Virus record (IMG/VR): IMGVR_UViG_3300044844_000854
Coordinates: 1 to 64,000 of that record
Length of the DNA: 64,000 bases
From: a virus
Direction: 5' to 3' (one strand)
The notes beneath the pieces were generated by a model. It searched no databases, was not told the DNA's origin, and saw only the letters and a program-made list of their open reading frames with translations. Every line of letters starts with the position of its first letter. Positions within the stretch are counted from its first letter, which is position 1. The position numbers and the translations under genes are program-made. Below are positions 17,910 to 29,125 of this stretch, piece after piece.

Positions 17910-19574
17910 ATGATTATTAGATCAACACCATTTGGTAAAGTAGACTCTCGTGTCTACTCTCTTATTCAAGGCATTGAAACAGAACATAATTGGCGACTTA
18001 AAAGATATGATCAATTTTGGAATTTTTATAGGGGTAATCAATGGGGGTGGACTAGATCACCAGACGACTCATTTGTGACTATTAACTATTGTCAAAGAAT
18101 TGTAGATACACATGTAGATTTCCTTATGAAAGGTGGTTTTTCTGTCACTATTCCTGATGATCCTGAAACTGAAGAATATGAGCCTTTTGAACTAGAGTTT
18201 ATTTCCAATGCACTTGAGAAAGTATGGAAAGTAAATCGTAGAGATCATATGGCTCTTGAAATGGGACAAATGGGTAGTATTACAGGTGATGTATTTATTA
18301 AGGTATCTGTTCGTGATGATTTTCTTTTAGGTAAGAAAGTGCCAAACATTGAAATTATCCCTAGTCAATTTGTATTTCCTACCTTCTCTGGACCATATGG
18401 ACCTGCAAAGAAGATTGAGAGTGTATTGATTGCATATCCTAAATATTCTGATCAAGTGATTATGCAAGGTGTGTATGGTGAAGAAAAACGAAATATTGAA
18501 TGGCATGCAGAACGATGGACTTCCGATAGTGTTACATATTATAGAGAAGATGGTAGTGATGTTACAGAACAGAATGTATTAGGTATAATCCCTGTTGTAC
18601 ATATCCCTAACTATCCTGTTGTAGGTGATTTCTTTGGTAGATCAGATTTGTTTTCTGTTCTATCTCTACAAAGAGAACTAAATGAGAAAGCTACAGATAT
18701 TTCAGATGTAATCAATTATCATGGTAGCCCAATCACTATTGTCAAAGGTGCAAAAATCGGAAACTTAGAAAAAGGTGCAAATCGTACATGGTCAATCCCT
18801 TCTGATGCTAGCATTGAAAACTTAATGTTAAAAGGTGAACTAGAAGCAAGCATAGGTTTTTATAATAAAATTCGATCTGCTATGTTTGAAATTGCAGGTA
18901 TTCCTGAACAGGTTGTAGCACCTACACACCAATACCAATCAGGATCAGCACAAGCATTATCTTATGGACCACTTTTAAATGCAAGAAAAGCTAAAATCCA
19001 AACATATTCTTATGGTATCAAGGAAGTAAATGTCTTAATCCTTAGAATGCTTGAATTGATTGATGGTGATTTTGCAGAGAAATTTAAAGAAATCCCTAGA
19101 ACTGCAAAATACAATACAGAAGTTGTATTCCCACCTGCATTACCTAGAAATGAAGTACAAGAATTACAAATGTCTGAAGGTAGATTACGACTTGGATTAA
19201 GTAGTAAAAAAATGGAAATGGAAAAACTTGGTATGACAAGAGGTGAAATCCGTAGAGTTATCCAAGAACAATATGAAGAAAATCGTGTAAATGCAGAAAT
19301 CCAATACAATTTAGGTCAAATCAATTTAGATCACCTAAAGGAATACCAAGACTTCTCTGATTACATTGATAGCTTTGAGAGTGATAATATTAGAGATGAT
19401 GATGGTGATCCACCACAATCACAAGTAGGTAAAGGTGTAATGAAATTTGATAATCAAGGTGGCATTCAATTTAAACAAAATCGTGGAAATCCAAATCCCA
19501 CAAGACCAATGCCTGATAGTCAAGGTGAACGATTATCACTTAAACGAGAAAATACTGATAGTGGTGGTGAATAA
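17910..19574 (+). CDS. Portal protein (SPP1 gp6-like)
   Basis: AGGAG RBS before ATG 17910; INYCQRIVD, G.ITGDVFIKV, IPVVHIPN..GRSDL; lies downstream of terL. Confidence 0.9.
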   Translation: MIIRSTPFGKVDSRVYSLIQGIETEHNWRLKRYDQFWNFYRGNQWGWTRSPDDSFVTINYCQRIVDTHVDFLMKGGFSVTIPDDPETEEYEPFELEFISNALEKVWKVNRRDHMALEMGQMGSITGDVFIKVSVRDDFLLGKKVPNIEIIPSQFVFPTFSGPYGPAKKIESVLIAYPKYSDQVIMQGVYGEEKRNIEWHAERWTSDSVTYYREDGSDVTEQNVLGIIPVVHIPNYPVVGDFFGRSDLFSVLSLQRELNEKATDISDVINYHGSPITIVKGAKIGNLEKGANRTWSIPSDASIENLMLKGELEASIGFYNKIRSAMFEIAGIPEQVVAPTHQYQSGSAQALSYGPLLNARKAKIQTYSYGIKEVNVLILRMLELIDGDFAEKFKEIPRTAKYNTEVVFPPALPRNEVQELQMSEGRLRLGLSSKKMEMEKLGMTRGEIRRVIQEQYEENRVNAEIQYNLGQINLDHLKEYQDFSDYIDSFESDNIRDDDGDPPQSQVGKGVMKFDNQGGIQFKQNRGNPNPTRPMPDSQGERLSLKRENTDSGGE

Positions 19575-19660
19575 AACAATAAAATAATTATGTATCTTTA
19601 GGTGATAAATGCTATATCCTTATAGGTGTAATAGAAACATCAAATTAAGGAAAAACGATT

Positions 19661-22600
19661 ATGGCATCAAACTTTATACCATTTGATAAATTAGATTATG
19701 TATCTCAATTATACATTAAAAACAATCCTTTAGGTTATATTGAAGAACTTAAACAAAAGGGAATAAAGGTAGATACTTCTGACTTTTTAGCTACATATTC
19801 GGATAATATAGATAAAACAAAAATCCCTTCTGTTAAACGACTAATAGAGAAAGAGAGCAAACCTGTTGTTGACTATGATAAGATTAAGGATTTACTAAAA
19901 AACAATATCTCTAGTGAAATTAGAAAACAAATCGAACAGGATGTAAGATCAAAACTTGATAATTTAGATGATCTTAAAGCAAGGCTTGAAACTGAACGAT
20001 CTGATTTTGCTAGACGAGATTTACAAGAACAAATCACCTTAGGTACTAAATTAAGAGTATGGGAAATACAACAAAAATACATTCAGGATATGCTGGATAT
20101 TAAACTTAAAGCAAGACTAACATTCCTTGAAAAATCAGGTGCACTAGATACAATTGCAAAATTGATAGAGATTGAACAGGTAAAACAACCAGCACTTACA
20201 GAGAAACAAATCGTAAATCAAGCAATTACAGATAAGATTAAAAACACTATTCAAATTGTAGATGATGAACAATTACAAAAAGATACTAAAGATACAATCA
20301 AGGATAATACAAAGGCTATCAACTTAATAGATAAAGCAATACAAAACTTACAATATGATATACAACAAGCAAAACTTGGTAGGGGTATACCTAGAGCATA
20401 TTCATCTAGTGTAGGTTCATATATCACATTTTTAGAAACTAAAATATCAATCGAAGAACAGGGTAAAATTAGAATACAGGAAAGATTAGATCAAAACACT
20501 AAACTACTTAATCAGGTAAATGAAAGATTAAAAAATACAAAACCTGAGAGTTTAAAATTACCTAAGACTGTAGAAGAGCCTAAAGAAGATATAAAACAAG
20601 AGCCAATTGTAGATAAAAAAACGGAAAAGGAACAAAAGAGATTAGAACAATTAAAAGAGAAAGAAAGAAAAGCACAAGAGAAAATAGATAAAGAGAATAT
20701 CAAAAAACAAGAACTCTTAGATAAACAAGAAAAAGCTAAACTAGAAGAACAAGAACGACAAAAGAAATTACAAGATGCTGAACTAGAAAAACAAAGACTA
20801 AAAGAACAAAAAGATAAAGAACGACAACAAAAAAAACTAGAAAAAGAAAAACAAATTGAACTCAACAAACAAAGAAAAGAACAATTTGCTTTAGAACGAG
20901 AACAAAAACTATTTGGTAATCTTACATCTAAGCAGAAGATGGATTTTGATGGTGCAAATAGAGCTTATGCAGGGGCTATATCTCAAACACCTAAATATGA
21001 TAAGGATAAAAATTATAAACTTGTAGATGTTTTTGACCCTTCCGAATTTCCTAGCGATTTTGATACAAAGAAATTCGCTAAACAATCATCTTGGGTACAA
21101 ATACCACAAGGATATGCAAGGGTATATGATGGTAAGATTATTGCTATCTTTGGTGAAAACTTACCTACTAAAGAGAGTGCAATTGCATTTAAAGATTTAT
21201 TTAAGGTAGATATTCTTACACAATATGAAAAGAATAAACAACAATATGAAATTGAACAAAAACAAGCTAGAAGAGATGCACAGGATAAATGGCTACTTGA
21301 ACGAAAGAAAGAAAAACTAATTGAAAAGGGTATCACAGAAGTTAATGGTGTACCTGTTAAAGAGATAGATGATAAAACACAATTACCTGTTGTGCCATAT
21401 GATAGAGCAAATGAAGATCAAACATCTAAGGATAGACGACACTCAAAAATCATAGAAGTAAATGGTGTTGATGTAAAACTCTATTTAGATACAAAGAAAA
21501 ACCAATATACACTAATTGACCCTAGCGAATATAAAACGGATACAAAAAAACATAAAGTAGGCACAGAAAGACTTGCATTTGCAATTAAGGATAAATTGAG
21601 TGCATATAGGGGTAAATTAGATCAAGATGGTAATCAAATCTCTAAGGGTAGATTTAATGCAATCAAATACACTATTAAGAATAAAGAGAATAAACCTGTT
21701 GACCTTGATCTTAAAGTAAAATTGGAAGTATATAAACCTGAAGTCAAATCATACCAAAAACTAGAAGATTACAATAGACCCATAGACCTTGATGAGAAAT
21801 CAAAGATACAACTGATTAACAAACTTAAACTAGATAATGAAAAGGAATTTACAAGGGCTGTAGATAACCTATACACTGAAACAGGTGATAGTGAAGAACT
21901 AAAAAAAGCGGAAATTACAAAAAAACTAAACAATGAAATCCTAGCAACAGAAAAACATTTAGCAGATACTGTAAAACCTGCATTTAGAAAAGATATTAAA
22001 GATAGAAATCCATCACTAGATAATGATGCAATAGAACAACTTGTAGATAGTGAATTTGCTAAATTTATGCGATCTGCAATTACAAATGGTAAATTTATAG
22101 AGAGTGTCACTAAAAATACAGAACAATTACAATTATCTCATATAGAAGATGTAAAGACTAAGAATAAGAGCCATAAAAATCATGCTTATGAACAAGAACT
22201 TAAAGATACACTTAAAAACCTACCTTATGATGTAAAGCTATATAAAGGTATTGTTGTTGCAATTGTCTTAGATAAACCTGTTGATCCTGATGTTAAGAGA
22301 AAGCTACTCATAGACACACAATTGATTGTAAATAAACAATACCAATTGATGAGAGAAACTGATCCTACAAAGAGAGAAGAAATCATCAATTCAAATAAAC
22401 AGATCAATGATAACAATTATAAGGCTGAAATCTCTAGATCAATCAATGAATTTTACTTAAATAGACCTATCATTACACCTGAGATGAGAGCTACATTTGG
22501 TGAGAGAAAACAATCTCGTATCAACAAGCGATTAGATAGAAATCAAAATAGATCAATACCATTTTCTGAAACAGAAAAACAAAACTACATTGACTATTTA

Positions 22601-25600
22601 CTAGAACAACAAGCAATCAAAGAAGAAAATAGAGCATTTGCATTACAATATGAACAGGAACAACAAGATCGTATTCGTGAAAAGATAGCTGAATATGATG
22701 CAAGAATGAGAATGGAAAAGGAAGTAGAAGATAGTAAGAAACGAATTGCTACACGACTTGCGGATAAACTAAATGATAACATAGATAAACTTAAGGATAA
22801 TCTTAAAAACTCTAGTGATTTACTTGCTGAATTATCTAAGGTAGACCCACAAGACCCTAAAGCACTTAAACTAAATAATAAGGTGGTAGAGTATAAGGTA
22901 GAGAATATTACAAAACAATTAGAGAACACTATCCTTAAACGAACGATTGATAAATATGTAGATGTTGTTTCTAGCGATGGTTACTCAAATGAAATTATGC
23001 AAGAGTACTATAAATTTGATAGAGCAAGAAAGGTATTACAAAAAAACGGAATTAAAACAGATAGTATAAACAAAGACTTTGAAAATAGACTAAAAGAATT
23101 TCAAGAGATAGAGAAAGCACTATACCAAAAACCTGAAGATAGATCACCTGATCAAATCTACAATAGTATCAACAAGGGCGATACTACAATAGAAGATATG
23201 GATAAATTAAAGGGTACAAAATATGGATTAGCTTACCAACTATCTGCAATGAAGTACTCGCACAATTTCCAAGTAAATTCAGATATTGTTATACCTAAAT
23301 ATGAACTTGTTAATGCAAAAACTGAAATAGTCAAAGATAAAGATGGTAAAATTGTATATGACACTATACAGCTATTTGATATATTTGATAGACCTGAGAG
23401 AACACCTGATGGTGATTTTGTTTATAACTATGTGCCTAAAACTAGAACAATAAATGTGATAGAACAGGTGTGGCAAACAAATGATAAATCTACTGTAAAA
23501 TACGGCTCTAAAGAATACTATGATCTTAAACAGATATTTGTAAGAGATTTGATGTATGTAGATGCTAAAATCCAAGAAAATATAGCTAAAAACAAAGAGC
23601 CAGGTGAATACCTTACAAGAAAAAAAGAAGAACTGATGTCTAGCATTGCTAACATGACACCTACACAATCACCTTTTGAGATCAAGCAATTGGATAAAAA
23701 GGTAAATCAATTGATGGAGAACTACAATAAACTTAAATCCGAACTTGATAAGGTAGATGATAATCTTTCTGTAGAAGATGCACAGAAAATCTATGATGAA
23801 CTTAAAGATAAAACATATAAAACTAAGAATGGTAACTACTCTCTAGCTAAATTCTCAAGCTCTTCCGAAATTAGATCGGAATTGGTAACACAACAACATA
23901 CATTTGATACTATGGTAGACCTTGTAAGACGATCTATGGGTAAAAATGATTACAATGCAACCTATGATGATTTACTTGTTAAGAAATCTATGGAAGAAAA
24001 TAAAGAACTATTACGAATTTACAATGAAGATTTACCTAAAGCTAGAAAGCTAATTGCAAATACACTATCTTCTAGTGAAATCAATGATAGACTAATACAA
24101 CTTGATAGGGCAATGAATGATTTAGATGATATTCTACTTAATGCATATTCTGAAGGATCACTAGATGATGATGGTTTTATTACAGATAGATACCTAAGAC
24201 AAGATTATGATACCGTTCTTAAACGATTACTGACAGATGCACAAAAAACGGAAATAGATAAAAACCCCAACAAATTCTATGATGAAACCTTTAGACAACA
24301 AATACTCAAAGATGCAGATAAAAGAAGAGAAGAATATAGAGATAAACTAGAAGTAACTAAAGACGAGTATAAAAAAGGCTCTTATGATTTAGAATTAAGT
24401 GCAGCAAGACAACTTGTTAAGGAATATGGTAAATACATATCCGTTGAACACCTACTAATCAATGAAGATGCAACACTAAGAGAACAATTAAGAGATAGAA
24501 GAGCAACAGAAGAACGATTTGTAAAACAATACACACAAGACTATGAAAAGATACTATTTACAGAGAAAACCGTAAATGAACGACAAAAAAGAATAGATGA
24601 ACTAGAAGATCGCATCATTAAAAAGACTACTGAACAATTACAAGCAAAACTAAATGATGAACTTAAAGATTTAAACCAACGAAAACAAGAACTAGAGAAT
24701 AATAAGACTGAACTGATTGCAAAACAAGATACAAAATCAAACACAGATAATCTTAAAGATAAAGCAAGACAAATTGGTGTAAATAGTAGAGTAAGCATGT
24801 CTGCATCTCTAAAGGCACATATTACACCTGCACTTATCTTAGAAACAATACGAGCTACTGCTGGTGATAATTCTAAAGGTGGGGGTTTGATTGTGCTTAA
24901 AGATGATACAAAACCAATTCGCTTTAGATCAAGTGGTGAGGCAGGTAAGGGTAAATCATCTGAACAATTTAGAGCTGATTTTACAAGAGAACTACTTACA
25001 AAATTACTAGATAAAAACTTCCCTACAGATAGTAGACAAATTGCAATCCTACAAACACTACATGGACTTAAATCTGATGCAAAAGATATAGAGAAAGTGA
25101 TGTCTAAGGTTAAAGAACAAATCATAAACCAAATGATGCTTGCAGAAGAAACACTTGCTACTAGTAAAAAATCGAAAGATCAAAAACAAGGCTCACTAAA
25201 AGATGCAAGTTATACAAGTATGTTCACAAATGCATTTTATGAAACAATCCACAAAGAAATAGATGATAAATATAAAAAACTAAAAGCAGACAACAAACTA
25301 CAACACCTTAGTGATAAAGAAATTGCAGATAGCCAAAATCAAGAATTTGCAGAAAAACTAGCTGAACAAATGCAAAAACATATCACAGAGAATTTAAGAC
25401 CAATCTTAGATAGTGATAGCTCTACTATATCTAGAGTAATGGTAGATACTACTATGACTACAGGTATTACTAAACAAACAGGATTAGATGAACAACTTGT
25501 AAGAGATACACTTGCTGTAATTGGCACTGTTAAGAATGAAAAATTTGACGAATTTGTTAGGAATGTACTTGATAATGACATAGATAACATTGATCTTAAA

Positions 25601-28141
25601 AATGAACTAGGTGAGAGTGTTAAGAAACTTGATGAACAAATCAAACAATTAGGCGATACAATCAAAGATGCTACAAGAAAACACCAAGAAAATGTAGACA
25701 CTTTAGTCAATTCAAAAACATCTAAAAAAGCGGAAATGTTAAGAAAGAAGGCACTAGAAGATTTTAAAGAATTTGTTAAATCAAATAATCCAATCTCTTC
25801 TAAGCCTGCAATGTCATTCTCAGAGGCTATTTATAATGTAGGTGTACAGAAAGTAAATGAATACAATCTTAATGATAGAGCAAAGATTAATTCTGCACTT
25901 GAAAAAGGTAGACACCAAGCAAATATGCAAGCTAACTTTGATACATATAATGAAATAAGAGAAAATGAACTATCTCAAGAATTTGATACCTTAGCTAAAA
26001 TCATTTTTGATGATGGTAAAGTGTACCTAAACCCCACAATCAATACAGAGTCAATTAGTCAACTTAGGAAACATGATCTAAAGGGTAGATTTGGTATCAA
26101 TCAAAAAATGGAAATGTATAGTGAATTACTAAAACAAGCAACTAAAGCACTATATGTACCAGGAAAACCAGGTAGACCTAAAAAAGGTACACTACCTGAT
26201 GCAAAGATTACTGAACTTGATCAAATGAGATCAATCATAGAAAAAATGGGGGATTATATACAGACTAATATATCACCTGCAATGATCTCTAGCTATGATA
26301 ATCAGCTTAAACTTATGAATGATAATTATGGTGGTATTATTGGATTATTACAATTATATGGTGATGGTAGTGGTAGAATGCCATATGTAGATGAAGAACG
26401 ACTTTTACTTGCAAACAAGAAACTACAACAGGTAAATAAACTTGTATATGATAAAATCTTTAGCAAAATCCTTGCAACATTTATGGCAGTACCTAATCTT
26501 ACGGATACAGAAGCAATGAACTTAGCTAATATCTCTGCCCAAAAACTAATATCACAGATGCTAGATAGTGATCCTGGTAAATTATACAATGCAACAGATA
26601 CACAAATTAAAGATATGACATCATCTATCTTTGTAACACTAGAAAATCTTGCAAGCTATAAAGATGAAAATCAAGCTAAAGCAGTAAAAGATACACTTAG
26701 AAAGATAAGAGAGTCAAAAACTGATATACAGGCTCTATTCTTACAAAATGATGCACTTTCTTTAGAAATATCAGATACAATCAATCAATTATGGGACGAT
26801 AAATTTGATTATGATCAAAGAGAAAACCCAATGGTTATGGATAGCATTGAATTTAAACGACTATTAAGATCATACCATAGCTTATCTATTGAACATGATT
26901 TTACAAAGAGAGAAACAATCAAATTCTTTGATAAAGCTAAAGATGAATATGTTAGATTTATGACATCTTATATAGATGATAGTGTTTTACAAGATATGTA
27001 TAATCCTAAGAATGCAAATGATCCCAACGACTCAAGATTGATTAAAGATTTGGTACAAAGAGATGGTAATTTAATATTCAATTATCAAGGTGAAGAAATC
27101 ATACTTGGCGACTCTACAGGTGGATATATAGACGATAGAGATATAAGACAAACTTATTCAGCAGACACACTACTTACATATGCAGATAAAAAACAGAACT
27201 ATACAATTATGCAAAATACAAAGAATATGACTGATTTAGCTAATACAATCTACACTGTATTTGATACAGGTGCTTTATCCTTTACTTCTTTAGGTGTAGA
27301 AGAAAGTCAACTTAAAAAAACTAGAGAACTTATGACAAATGCAATCACTAGATTTGCAAGTGAATTTGTAAATAACATTCTTTCTAGTAATGAAGATATA
27401 ATTAGAGCAACTACAATCTATGCACTAGAAAAAAGCGGAAAGAAATACACCAAAGAACAAGTAGATGAACTTGTAAATACTCAAGTGTTAGATATGATGG
27501 GTAGATATCAAAGTGATCTTATGGATAACATGAAAGATTTTATGGGTAACTTAAACTCTTGGGTAAATAATCGCATTGAAACTATAGCTCAACTTAACAA
27601 TTATAATGATGATGATAGAAGAAGAGTTATTGCAAGTGATAAAACAAACTTCCTTAGAACATTCCTTTTAGGTGAAGATCCAAAAATGCCTGGATTACTT
27701 GATCTTATGACAGGTAATAAATTTAAGACTAAAGACTTAAACACAATTATCAACCTACAACAATCTCAAATTGTAAGAGAAACAATGGTCAATATGTATA
27801 AAGCTACAGATGTAAGGGTAGTGCAATGGCGACTTGACCCATCTCACAAATGGGAAGGTGGTAAGGAAATCTGTGAAATCTACTCTTTAGGCAACAATCT
27901 TACACCTGAAGATAAACTACTACTATCTCAAAGTGGTTACCCTACAGCAGGTTTATATAGTGTATCTCTCATTCCTAAAAGGACACATGCAAACTGTAGG
28001 TGTTATACATATCCTATTGTAGATGGCACAACAATGAATAATTTAGAACAAGCATTTACTAATTATCGTACTCAAGATCAATATTTACTATCTATGGCTA
28101 ACATTATTGTAGCTGAGGATAGTGGTGAAGTGCCATTTTAA
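19661..28141 (+). CDS. Giant (2826 aa) coiled-coil protein with a C-terminal MuF/SPP1-gp7-like head morphogenesis domain
   Basis: C-terminal VVQWRL..H....ICE...GLY...IPKRTHANCRCYTYP resembles the MuF HPNCRC motif; sits in the canonical MuF position after the portal. Confidence 0.75.
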   Translation: MASNFIPFDKLDYVSQLYIKNNPLGYIEELKQKGIKVDTSDFLATYSDNIDKTKIPSVKRLIEKESKPVVDYDKIKDLLKNNISSEIRKQIEQDVRSKLDNLDDLKARLETERSDFARRDLQEQITLGTKLRVWEIQQKYIQDMLDIKLKARLTFLEKSGALDTIAKLIEIEQVKQPALTEKQIVNQAITDKIKNTIQIVDDEQLQKDTKDTIKDNTKAINLIDKAIQNLQYDIQQAKLGRGIPRAYSSSVGSYITFLETKISIEEQGKIRIQERLDQNTKLLNQVNERLKNTKPESLKLPKTVEEPKEDIKQEPIVDKKTEKEQKRLEQLKEKERKAQEKIDKENIKKQELLDKQEKAKLEEQERQKKLQDAELEKQRLKEQKDKERQQKKLEKEKQIELNKQRKEQFALEREQKLFGNLTSKQKMDFDGANRAYAGAISQTPKYDKDKNYKLVDVFDPSEFPSDFDTKKFAKQSSWVQIPQGYARVYDGKIIAIFGENLPTKESAIAFKDLFKVDILTQYEKNKQQYEIEQKQARRDAQDKWLLERKKEKLIEKGITEVNGVPVKEIDDKTQLPVVPYDRANEDQTSKDRRHSKIIEVNGVDVKLYLDTKKNQYTLIDPSEYKTDTKKHKVGTERLAFAIKDKLSAYRGKLDQDGNQISKGRFNAIKYTIKNKENKPVDLDLKVKLEVYKPEVKSYQKLEDYNRPIDLDEKSKIQLINKLKLDNEKEFTRAVDNLYTETGDSEELKKAEITKKLNNEILATEKHLADTVKPAFRKDIKDRNPSLDNDAIEQLVDSEFAKFMRSAITNGKFIESVTKNTEQLQLSHIEDVKTKNKSHKNHAYEQELKDTLKNLPYDVKLYKGIVVAIVLDKPVDPDVKRKLLIDTQLIVNKQYQLMRETDPTKREEIINSNKQINDNNYKAEISRSINEFYLNRPIITPEMRATFGERKQSRINKRLDRNQNRSIPFSETEKQNYIDYLLEQQAIKEENRAFALQYEQEQQDRIREKIAEYDARMRMEKEVEDSKKRIATRLADKLNDNIDKLKDNLKNSSDLLAELSKVDPQDPKALKLNNKVVEYKVENITKQLENTILKRTIDKYVDVVSSDGYSNEIMQEYYKFDRARKVLQKNGIKTDSINKDFENRLKEFQEIEKALYQKPEDRSPDQIYNSINKGDTTIEDMDKLKGTKYGLAYQLSAMKYSHNFQVNSDIVIPKYELVNAKTEIVKDKDGKIVYDTIQLFDIFDRPERTPDGDFVYNYVPKTRTINVIEQVWQTNDKSTVKYGSKEYYDLKQIFVRDLMYVDAKIQENIAKNKEPGEYLTRKKEELMSSIANMTPTQSPFEIKQLDKKVNQLMENYNKLKSELDKVDDNLSVEDAQKIYDELKDKTYKTKNGNYSLAKFSSSSEIRSELVTQQHTFDTMVDLVRRSMGKNDYNATYDDLLVKKSMEENKELLRIYNEDLPKARKLIANTLSSSEINDRLIQLDRAMNDLDDILLNAYSEGSLDDDGFITDRYLRQDYDTVLKRLLTDAQKTEIDKNPNKFYDETFRQQILKDADKRREEYRDKLEVTKDEYKKGSYDLELSAARQLVKEYGKYISVEHLLINEDATLREQLRDRRATEERFVKQYTQDYEKILFTEKTVNERQKRIDELEDRIIKKTTEQLQAKLNDELKDLNQRKQELENNKTELIAKQDTKSNTDNLKDKARQIGVNSRVSMSASLKAHITPALILETIRATAGDNSKGGGLIVLKDDTKPIRFRSSGEAGKGKSSEQFRADFTRELLTKLLDKNFPTDSRQIAILQTLHGLKSDAKDIEKVMSKVKEQIINQMMLAEETLATSKKSKDQKQGSLKDASYTSMFTNAFYETIHKEIDDKYKKLKADNKLQHLSDKEIADSQNQEFAEKLAEQMQKHITENLRPILDSDSSTISRVMVDTTMTTGITKQTGLDEQLVRDTLAVIGTVKNEKFDEFVRNVLDNDIDNIDLKNELGESVKKLDEQIKQLGDTIKDATRKHQENVDTLVNSKTSKKAEMLRKKALEDFKEFVKSNNPISSKPAMSFSEAIYNVGVQKVNEYNLNDRAKINSALEKGRHQANMQANFDTYNEIRENELSQEFDTLAKIIFDDGKVYLNPTINTESISQLRKHDLKGRFGINQKMEMYSELLKQATKALYVPGKPGRPKKGTLPDAKITELDQMRSIIEKMGDYIQTNISPAMISSYDNQLKLMNDNYGGIIGLLQLYGDGSGRMPYVDEERLLLANKKLQQVNKLVYDKIFSKILATFMAVPNLTDTEAMNLANISAQKLISQMLDSDPGKLYNATDTQIKDMTSSIFVTLENLASYKDENQAKAVKDTLRKIRESKTDIQALFLQNDALSLEISDTINQLWDDKFDYDQRENPMVMDSIEFKRLLRSYHSLSIEHDFTKRETIKFFDKAKDEYVRFMTSYIDDSVLQDMYNPKNANDPNDSRLIKDLVQRDGNLIFNYQGEEIILGDSTGGYIDDRDIRQTYSADTLLTYADKKQNYTIMQNTKNMTDLANTIYTVFDTGALSFTSLGVEESQLKKTRELMTNAITRFASEFVNNILSSNEDIIRATTIYALEKSGKKYTKEQVDELVNTQVLDMMGRYQSDLMDNMKDFMGNLNSWVNNRIETIAQLNNYNDDDRRRVIASDKTNFLRTFLLGEDPKMPGLLDLMTGNKFKTKDLNTIINLQQSQIVRETMVNMYKATDVRVVQWRLDPSHKWEGGKEICEIYSLGNNLTPEDKLLLSQSGYPTAGLYSVSLIPKRTHANCRCYTYPIVDGTTMNNLEQAFTNYRTQDQYLLSMANIIVAEDSGEVPF

Positions 28142-28222
28142 GTAAAATAATTGATAAAATGATAGACATCGTTATATAATCAAAGTATAAAAACATAGAC
28201 TTAAAAAAACGGAGATTAAAAA

Positions 28223-28693
28223 ATGGCTATCGAATATTCCCAAGTAGCAAATCCTACTATTAACAAATCCTTTAGAGGTCAAGACATCAACTTTAAGATC
28301 AATGATGCTAAATTACCTTCTAGGAATAAATCTCAAATCCAAATGCAAGTAGTAAAAGCACCTAATCAAGCAGCACTACAATCAAGAACTATGGAAAAAA
28401 AACCACAAATGAGAAATATGTTAGATCATAAACTCAAATATGAAGAAGAATGTTGTTGTGAAGATGGATCAATAGATAACATTACCTATAGAAATCCTAG
28501 AACACAATCTGATAAATCTAATAAGGCTACTATTGATACTCTTAAAGATGTTATGCTAAACAAAGGTATTGCAAAGCTAAACTACCAAACACCAATTGCA
28601 TTAGCTAAAATTAAAGAATATGAAGATTTAGAAGCAAAATACTCTAATGACTACTCTATGGAAGATGATACTTCTATGAGTGAAGATGATTAA
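28223..28693 (+). CDS. Head-module hypothetical protein (RGQD-x-NF motif)
   Basis: CGGAG RBS; shares its N-terminal motif with 28857-29078. Confidence 0.7.
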   Translation: MAIEYSQVANPTINKSFRGQDINFKINDAKLPSRNKSQIQMQVVKAPNQAALQSRTMEKKPQMRNMLDHKLKYEEECCCEDGSIDNITYRNPRTQSDKSNKATIDTLKDVMLNKGIAKLNYQTPIALAKIKEYEDLEAKYSNDYSMEDDTSMSEDD

Positions 28694-28727
28694 GATATAA
28701 AAAAACGGGACTTTTAAAAAAAGATTA

Positions 28728-28756
28728 TTGACTACTTATTTAAAGATGTATATAAA
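28728..28756 (+). promoter_or_regulatory. Sigma70-like promoter upstream of the scaffold/capsid genes
   Basis: TTGACT-17-TATAAA. Confidence 0.6.
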
Positions 28757-28856
28757 CAATAAAAGATACTAAATAGATACAATACATATTAGATATAGCA
28801 ATTATAAGACACTTTAGGTTACTTTCTATTAAACTCAAAAAATCGGAGCTTACAAA

Positions 28857-29078
28857 ATGCTACAACAAGCACAAAAAGTAAATGCACCTGCACCAAGTGC
28901 TATGATGAACCAACCATCAGCAATGTCTACTGATCTTCGTGGTCAAGATACAAATTTCTCTGTTCCTTCTATTCCTAGCTCAAGAGTACAAGCTCAAGTT
29001 AATGAATCAATCGAACGATTTGAGAATGTACCTGGTCCACATGCTCGTATGATGAAACAAAGTCAGGTACTTCGCTAA
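28857..29078 (+). CDS. Small head-module protein (RGQD-x-NF motif)
   Basis: CGGAG RBS; 73 aa. Confidence 0.7.
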   Translation: MLQQAQKVNAPAPSAMMNQPSAMSTDLRGQDTNFSVPSIPSSRVQAQVNESIERFENVPGPHARMMKQSQVLR

Positions 29079-29125
29079 TAACCATACGATCTAGCTATAA
29101 TAACAAGAGATACTAAGGAAACAAA

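Noticed and set aside
20942-20956. DFDGA in the giant protein as an RNA polymerase active site
   Set aside because: Lacks the third Asp and the NA prefix of NADFDGD; no other RNAP motifs seen
19873-26589. Many minus-strand ORFs of 60-194 aa inside the giant gene, and similar ones inside other structural genes
   Set aside because: S/L/F-rich shadow frames of K/E/D-rich sense codons
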